Shown in pieces: positions 55,831-64,000 of a stretch of DNA of 64,000 nt. Below the pieces are notes generated by a model. It had not been told where the DNA came from. It worked only from the letters and a program-made list of their open reading frames with translations, and did not search any database. The translations under genes and the position numbers were made by a program. The stretch comes from Lama guanicoe (lineage: Eukaryota), in contig MU053493.1 of assembly GCA_013239625.1 (NCBI GenBank), forward strand, positions 939,793 to 1,003,792, given 5' to 3'. Every line of letters starts with the position of its first letter. Position 1 is the stretch's first letter.

Positions 55831-58156
55831 AAACTCTAACAGAGAGATATCCTGATACTAAGTGAGGAAGAATTTCAAGGAAGGGCTCCACCCAATGCTC
55901 CTGAGAAGGAAGGTAAAGGGGGAAAATCAATTACTGGAAAAACCAGAACAAGAGGCATTCCACCCAAAGAGGGGTGAGGGTAAGTAGGGCGGGTATTGGC
56001 AGATAAGGGACACTAGATTATCATCCTGGTGATGCTGCAGTTCTGCTCCTGACTGCAGGGGGCACTGCAGAGCTGAAGGCATTCCTGGTAATTGATGGAC
56101 TGATAGCCTTAGGGTCTGTGCATTGCATTGTATGCAAATAATTTTTACCTTGGGGGAAAAAAAGTTAAAAAAAAACCCTCTGAACTCTAAGATCGACATG
56201 AAATATGTGGGTGAAAGTGCACCGACACCCACTATTCTACTTTGAACTGCATTGATTAAAAAATAAACTAGATGACTGAAACATTATGCTGTACACCAGG
56301 AAATGATGCACTGTAGCTGACTGTACTTCAATAAAGTTTTAAAATGCTACCATAAACAAACAAACAAACAAACCAGATGGAGAGAAGGCCAGATAGGGAA
56401 TAAAGAAAGTAGAGTAAAATGCTAATGAGAGAAACCAGGAGGCAGGTACAGGAATGCTCACTATAAATTCAACTTTTTGGTATATTTGAAAATGCTCATC
56501 AAAAATTCGGGGAAAAGTATTATTCATAATATTTAGCAACTTGGAGGTTTGTGATTTGCTCAGACAAAGCCAGATAAAGGTGAATTTAAGTGAAAAGCAT
56601 GGGGTGGGGGGACACTGCTCAGAGGACCCTTTCTGCAAAGGTGAGAGGAAACCAGGGAGTCACAGGGTGGGGGCAGGTTTGTGAGGACAGACTGCCTGTC
56701 TGCTCACGAGAATTACCCACAGACATGAAGATGGTGCTCAAGGCAACAGGAACAGTTGTGAAAGACCAGCTCTCAGCCTGGCTCCTGGGGAACGCAGATC
56801 CTGCACCCCTGACAAAAGGAGGGAAGCCGGAGTAGGTGGGCACAGGTGTGGAGATGCACGGAAGAATGTTGCTTTAAATCCTGCAGGGAAACTCTCAAAG
56901 ATGTCTACTTCATTCATCACAGGGAGATTCTGCAAGGGGTCCCAGGCGTAGCTAAGCATACCTCTGTGACACAGAGCAGATGGTGTTACATAAATTCGTT
57001 TTCTCATGCCCCTCAACTTCCGCCTGTATTCCAGCTAAAACTCACCTGCCCAAGAACTGCCTGGGAGCATCCTTTGCCTCTACGTTTAAGACTCTCCCTC
57101 CCATTTCACCAAGAAAGACTTGTTTGCTTTATCTTAACTCTTATCTTGGGACACTGACCTAAGAGCCAAGAAAAAGTCAATTCAAAATACCAACTGTCTA
57201 TGTCAATATTGTTAAAACTTTGGTGACAAATATTTTCACAGATCAGATGGGTTCTAATCCCTTTAATTATTTGCTTGCAGCAAAAGTGAACGAGAAACCA
57301 AGTTGGCAGCTGAAACACCTTGATGAAAACTGTAATATCTGGCATGTAACTGGGAAGAAGTTCAAGGAACTGACTGGTATCACTGTCACAAAGTGCTTTT
57401 CATTCTAAACTATACATGTTACTACATCTATTTTTAAAGGTTATAGAATTGATGGTTAAATATGTGTCAATGTCTCCATTTTAGCAATAAAAATAATCAT
57501 CTATGAATACATAAATGAATTTAAAGACAAAGCCCCATCTCCGGTAGAAAGGTAGATTTCCAATTTTTAATATTTATTATTTATTTAAACCTTGTAATGA
57601 GTGTCACTTTGATGAATTATGTACCAATAATCACTGTAATCCTCAATCAATCCAGGAGAAAAATACTTAACGCTTACTTCCTGAAGGAATGATTTTTATG
57701 TAAATATTTACATTTGAGAGAATTAAGACAGAATGATTAACAAAAGACTTTCAAACATCAAGTTACATCACATTAGGATAGAATTCTGTGTGGACTGTAG
57801 AATAGAAATATAAGTGCAGAGAGAAAAAGGGACTATGTAAACTATCCAACAGTTAAAGAAAGACTTGTTTGTATTTTTTTTAATTAGTGATATGGGCATT
57901 AAATTATATGACATTTAAATAGATTCAATTTAAAATAGAGACTGACTTTTATTTTTAAATGTCAGTATTTACACTTGGATGGAAGTGACATAAGCCACAG
58001 TTAATTAAATTTGGGTTAGACCTTTAGATGTCAAGACAAAAATACATGAATGCAAAAGCAGAGTATCTCAGAATTCTTGCAGGGGTCACTGGAGCAGGAC
58101 ATGTGAGGTACCTCTGGCTGAGGTAATGCTCTGTTGAATCAAACACGCACGTCTGG

Positions 58157-58285
58157 TGGGGAGGGTATAGCTCAGTGGTAGAGCACATGTTTAGCATGCA
58201 TGAGGTCCTGGGCTCAATTCCCAGTACCTCCATTAAAAAAACAATTAAATGAATAAACCTAATTATGTCTCGCCGAAAAGCAAAC
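58157..58285 (+). mobile_element. tRNA-derived SINE (Vic-1-like)
   Basis: A and B boxes; 16-bp TSD AAACACGCACGTCTGG / AAGCATGCATGTCTGG. Confidence 0.9.
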
Positions 58286-58641
58286 AAGCATGCATGTCTG
58301 GAGGCAGGAAGTGCGAGGCAGGTGCTCTGAGCTCCAGGGACCAGTGACAGTGCTGTCTGTGGACATGAACATGCATCTTAGGACTTGTCATGTATATTTC
58401 TGCTTTGAAATCTCCCCAGGTCACCCCATAGTGAGATGTGAGCATGCACTGAGCCTTGCAGAATGCAGCATGGTACATGCAAAGGCGGGACGCTCTGCCT
58501 CATTGTTGGCTTGTGTGGAGTCAGGGAGGACAGTCCTGGCTCCTCTCACAGGACGCCTCAGCCCCCTGAGATTCCAGCACAGGCATCTCAAAGTCAGAGC
58601 AGGAAGATCCACGGATGGGGACTGCCGCCATCTCAACTTAC

Positions 58642-58686
58642 CATTTGCAGCCAAATGTTGGTTGTTAAAACTTGGTTTTTCTCATC
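58642..58686 (-). CDS. CHRNA7: CHRNA7 exon 3 (45 bp), DEKNQVLTTNIWLQM
   Basis: Minus strand: poly-T tract...ctttaaag|GATGAGAAAAACCAAG...CAAATG|gtaagt; phase 0/0. Confidence 0.96.
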
Positions 58687-58767
58687 CTTTAAAGTAAAAA
58701 AAAAAAAGAGAATAAAAAAATATGTTTGTATGGTGTACAGAAGAGGAAATGATATCATTATTCACGT

Positions 58768-59400
58768 ATGAATCAGACTGTTGGGACTGTGGGGAGTGTG
58801 TGGAAATTAGAATGCACCAAGCACTTCCAAATGTACTCAAGAAGCCTTTCCCCAGAGTGAAGCTTTTCTATTTATTTTGAAGTAACACGCATTCATTATA
58901 GAGCACTTTGAAAAGATGGAAAAGCATAGAGAGGAAAATTAAAACCCTGCAGCCCCACCCTCCAGAGATGACACTTGTTAATGGTTTCAACTGTTTTATT
59001 TTACACTGTAAGAAATACTTTGTATAAAATTTTAAAACTTTAATACAAATTTTAATTTATAATTTAATATAAATTTTTAATAGTTTTGAATTGGATGATT
59101 TGGACCATGGAGTATGTGGAAATTAGAATGCACCAGGCACTTCCAAATATACTCAAGAAGGCTTTCCCCAGAGTGAAGCTTTTCTATTTATTCTAAAGCA
59201 ACACACATTCATGATAGAGCACTTAGAAAGGATGGAAAAGCACGGAGAGGAAAATCAAAACCCCGCAGCCCCACCCCCCAGAGATGACATCTGCTAATGG
59301 TTTAGCTTATTTCCCTTCATACATTTTTAGCAATTTATATAAAATTAAAATTTGTGATATAAATTTTAATTTATAACAATAGAAAATTTTAACAACTTAC
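58768..59400. repeat. Diverged tandem duplication, period about 316 bp
   Basis: GGAGT(G/A)TGTGGAAATTAGAATGCACCA at 58793 and 59109; copies stay colinear through the AT-rich ends. Confidence 0.93.
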
Positions 59401-61134
59401 ATAAAGTTATAAAACTGTTAAAAAAAAACAAAACTTAGTGCAAAGGCCAATTTTTGAAAGTCAAGTTTATTGCCAGCATGTATAGAGTTCTAAGCAAATG
59501 TAAGTATTTTATGCTTCCCTCCCTGGGAAAAGGAGCCTGACCTGTGACAGCTGCCATGCCATGTGCCAACTGGGCTGCATGGACCCCATTTCCCACAAGC
59601 CCTGTGGGTCTGCCTGCCTTTCCTTCCAGAATCCATCCACTGGGCAGCATGCCAGCCTGTGACACCCACCTGCAAGATACATCCTGTCCAGGTGAGCCAA
59701 CTAAGGGTCAGAAAGGTGAGGTAACTTTAGGAAGGAGCCACTGACACTTGGACCTGACTGGAGAGCCCCCTTTGCCTACTTCCAAACTAAGTGTGGGCTC
59801 CTGCAGGACACCAACTATGCAAGCTATCCAGGCAGCTCGGGAGACGTACTGACTGTGGCCTTGACCCAACACCAGGCACCTAAACAAGATGCTGGTCAAC
59901 ATCGAGCCCTTCCGACTGGGATGCCACCAGCTTTTTATCATGGCTGGCAAAGGCCACAACGGCCCAGCAAAAGCCAGGGTGTGCACGGAGACAGAGGAGC
60001 AGGTTTCTTGTGACTGTTCTACTGAGAACACAGTTACTCAGTATTCTGTGTTCAATTCCCACCTAAAAGACGTTGTAAAATTAGCACTTTCCACCTTTTC
60101 CAGGAGAAAGCACTTATTAATGACCCCATGCCGAGATGCCCAGTGGCTGAGGCCACCCTGAGCTCCTCCAACAGGAATTGCCTGTCCTGGTTCACTGGTG
60201 GCATTCGCAAAAACAGAGCCAGCAGCAAAAAGAACACCATCTGTGGGGGTGTGGTCATGTGCAGGGATGCAAATGAGACACCAAGGCCACTTCTCATTAA
60301 AATAAAAAGGTGCTGAACGTGTATGGAGTTGGCGGAGATTCTCTGATGCATCAGTGCCCCTACCCCGCAGATCACCCTAGGCACGTCTGAGAGGTGAGAC
60401 TGGGTGGCAGGAAAGTGCAAGTGTAAATCCTGTAGAGAGGATCAGGCTGCCTAGGAAAAGACAGGGCTGGGTGGGTCCCAGGCCAGGGGCTGTGTCCAGA
60501 AGAAGCTGCCAATTCAGTTACAGGAAATGTATATCCCATTTCACAAAATAACACATGCCAGGGGTTTTGGAAGAAAAAGTCTTGGAGCCAACCTTTCTCC
60601 GTACTGTGTGCAGGGCGAGCAGTCCCCGACAGAGCGTGCATTTGACTGCATGAGTGCTCAGTTCCAGTCCAATCTACAGCGTTATTCGAAAGCACTGATA
60701 AACTCTTTCAGGACATATGTCCCCTGCTTCGACTTATTAAGGAGCTGTTGTTTTTAATGGACTTAAAATTAGCCAGCATTCCATTCAGGAGGCTTCCCTT
60801 CTCTGAATGGCATCCATGTCTTTATCTTCCGAGAGAAAGGCTTCTGTGGTTTGGGAGCTCAATGACGACCAATCTAATTAAAAGGCTTTCTTCCTTCCAA
60901 CATGCTGGCTGAAACCTCATTAGCGTGAAACAGGATTTCTGTGCTGTGCAGCAGCATGGGGCTGAGCAGGGCATTTCAAACTGTAATTAACATAGAACAG
61001 CAACCAGCCTCCACCAGAAGGTGCGGCAGTAGAGAGCCTCCACCAGCAGAGAGACTGCTGTCTGTGTCCCCAAGATGGGACCCCCTCCATCTCAGTCTGT
61101 GCAGTGACTGGCTCCCCGGCTCCTTCCCACCCCT

Positions 61135-61475
61135 GTGTGAGGTATGTGTCCCAAAACCCCCAAACCCCCCACAACCCCCAAAGACTGAATGTGAAACCTA
61201 CCCCCACTGTGATGGTGTAAGGGGGTGGGGCTTTTGGACCCTGTTTAGGTCATGAAGGTGGGCTCACTCTCAGGACCAGGACCACCAGAGAGCTCCCCAC
61301 CCCTTTTGCCTCATGAAGCCCCAGCTAGAAGTCTATGACCTGGGAAGCTGGCTCTCACCAGGCATCAGATCTGCAGGCACCTTGGTCTGGGATTCCCCAG
61401 CCTCCAGAACTGTGAAACATAAATGGGTGTTGTTAAGCTCCCAGGTCCGGGGTACTTTTGTCACAGCAGCCATGC
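61135..61475 (+). mobile_element. Degraded MaLR LTR (MLT1A-like)
   Basis: tgtgtccc...gtgatggt...ttaggtcatga...ccagcctccagaactgtga...tttgtcacagcagcc. Confidence 0.7.
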
Positions 61476-63134
61476 TCATGGGAGGCAGAGCCCCCACACT
61501 GTCTGACCTCCAGATGGGCTCCCTGCCCTCGTCTGTCTGGCTGCACTGATGGAAGAATCCATTCTAAGTCCTGCAGACAGCACAAAGCCCCTTCACAAGC
61601 CCTGGTCCAGCCAAGTGTGCATTCATTCATTCATTCATTCATTCGACAAGTATTTGTGGAGCTCATCCTGTGTCAGGCATCACGCCAGTGGGAACATAAA
61701 GTGTGGGTGGAGGGTGGGATTTCACAGTTCAACAATGACACACCTCTAATTACATATAGTGACAAGGCACAGAGGAAAGGGCAGTTCACTTTCAGACAGG
61801 ATGACAGGGACGTGGACTTTACCAGAGTATCAAGGGTGGGGCCCTGAGGTCGAGACTTTACCTTGACTCCCTGTGACCTGTGACAACAAAAGCCAGGACA
61901 ACCTCCCGCCCACTGTGTGTGCCCCTTACTCTTCAAGAATTTGCTGCTCCTTGACTCCTGGGGCCTGCTCTGCCCAACGCCCTCCTCCTCCCTCCTACGC
62001 AAGCCCAGGGACTCCTGGAGCAGCAAGGGGAAGCACTGGGGAGGCTGTTTAACCCAGCGGGGAGCCTTCCTGCCCTTTGTCCAGCTGCTTCAGAAGGAAC
62101 CAAGCAACTGTTTCTGGGGCTGTAAGTACAGAGGATGGCTTACAACCCCAGCCTCCAAGGATGCGGCCAGGGGACCAGGGCTGGCACGGTCTGCACAGCT
62201 AGGTCTCCCCCACACCCCACAACCATAGTGCCTTGCGTCCTGAGTCCGCTGCAGGATTTCACCTCTACCTTCAACTGCCCTGCCCCAGGGTCTGCACATC
62301 CTGCATACACTGAAGTCAGGTGGCAACCTGGGAACTGGGACAAGTTGGCAGGTGCATCTGCAGCTCTGGAAGGCCCTTCAGCCTCAGGCATGCCGGCTCC
62401 ACTCCCACTGCCCAGAATCTGCTTTGCAGCAAATCAGTTCCTCCCCCCACCTCGCCGAGGGAAGCCTTCTCTTCTCTCACTTGTTCCTCCCCCACCGACA
62501 CCTCAGCCACCAGCTTCCCCTGTGGCACTTGAGCTTGTCTGAAACCATGAATCAGCCAGTTAAGCTGAAGTCAGCAGTTCCATCCCACACAGGCTGCAGG
62601 CACATTGGTCCCACGCTGGGCATTCCAACCCTGACCCCAGACCCCGGCCCAGGGTCTCTGCATAATAACCAGGCATAAGTCCCTGGGGAACAAAGAGCAC
62701 AGAAGCTGGGCTGGGTTCCAGAGATTCTGGACCCCCAGCAGTCACCTGCAGGTAGGCACAGGGGAGCAGAGCCCACACCCGCCAGGGGAAAACCCTCCTT
62801 CCATCCGGGTTCCAATCAGCTCTGGCATTCACTGTATGTGGGTTTCAATATTCTCTTCTGGGAAGTGGGGACAGAACAGCTACCCTACTACCTACCAGTG
62901 TGGGGGGCACGAGGGCAGCGGGGGGACCCAGCTGCAGTGGCTGTCCCTGCGTGGTCACTTGCGTGCACACACACACACACACATGCACACGGCTCCCCTC
63001 CAAGACTCACGCTCCTTCCCGACCCTGGGATATCACGGGAGGACACAGGACCCAGGCTGCCATGGAATCACACCAGACCAGTGCACAGAGCACCCCTAAA
63101 ACCAACCGCTCCTTTGTTTTCAATCTGAGCACCT

Positions 63135-63660
63135 CAGAATAGCATTCAGCCTCAAAACAGAAGGCAATCCTGCTGTTTGCGACAGCATGCAAAGTGAAAG
63201 AAACCAGACTCAGAAAGACAGCTACTACATGATTCCACCTGCATGAAGATGCTAAAATAATCAAACCCACAGAAGCACAGAGCAGAACGGGGGCTGCCTG
63301 GTGCCACGGGCCCAGGACGGGATGGGCGGTTTTAGTCCACGAATGCAAAGTCTCAGTTCTGCAAGATGACAAGCCTGGAACCTCCCGTGCGGCATCGCTA
63401 ATAAGCCTCTGTGGGAGAATTGACAGTGGCAAAGAGGGTAGATCCTCTGTTAGGTGTTCTTATCCCAGAAATAATATCTGTAATAATAAAGAAAGAAAGA
63501 TTGCAGGAGGACCCTTGAGGAGGGGATGGCTGGGGATGGCGTGGATCGTGGTGAGAATTTCACGGGTGTGTGCTCACCTCCTAAGTCGTCAGACTGTGCA
63601 CAGGAAATCTGGACAGCTTTTTGTATGTCAATCATCCCTCAAAAGAGTGCTTTTTTAAAA
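63135..63660 (+). mobile_element. Old LINE-1 3'UTR fragment
   Basis: ttcagcctcaaaacagaagg...tttgcgacagcatg...atgattccacct...gagggtagatc...tgtatgtcaatcatccctcaa. Confidence 0.7.
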
Positions 63661-64000
63661 GTACACTTTGATTTCAGTAGTCATGCTTTTAAAAATAAAT
63701 CTCCCGGAATGCTCGTGCGTCTGTTTTCGAGCACAACCATTCTCGTGGTGTGTGATGTGCCGCCTTTTACTTTTACAGCCACTACTCTCCCGGAAGTTAC
63801 GAGGTGACATTATCCAACATTCTGCAGTGCTCCCAATACTTTCTCTTTGCTTTTGTGTAGATGCTGAGGGAAAAAAAAAAAGGTGGGGGGAGGAGGCAAC
63901 AATAAACCTGAGTCTAAATTCTTGTTTGCAGGGAAAGTGGCTGGATAATATAAATTCTTACTTGTGTCATACTCTGTAGTTTGTAACTTGGATTACTTCT

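Overview
Mammalian genomic DNA, most likely a camelid (Camelus/Vicugna/Lama), judged from repeated tRNA-derived SINEs of the GGGGAGGGTATAGCTCAGTGGTAGAG...GAGGTCCTGGGTTCAATCCCC type. The whole window lies inside CHRNA7 (neuronal nicotinic acetylcholine receptor alpha-7) on the minus strand. Seven consecutive coding exons (3-9; 45, 110, 80, 168, 195, 87 and 110 bp) have GT-AG boundaries and splice into a stop-free 265-codon frame containing the Cys-loop, loop C (YECC) and M1-M3. Exons 1-2 and 10 lie outside the window. The introns are repeat-rich (L1 fragments, MLT1/ERV solo LTRs, SINEs, microsatellites). Intron 4 also carries a 5'-truncated ST13 (Hip) processed pseudogene and a full-length U6 snRNA pseudogene inside a composite L1 structure. 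I found no evidence of a new biological system, and nearly all supplied ORFs are chance frames. The most interesting observations are local: the L1-5'UTR/U6/inverted-L1 composite, a tail-less internal L1 ORF2 fragment flanked by 8-bp direct repeats, a possible in-frame alternative acceptor for exon 7, two tandem duplications and an intronic (CTG)11 tract. Repeat family names come from recalled consensus motifs, not a database search.
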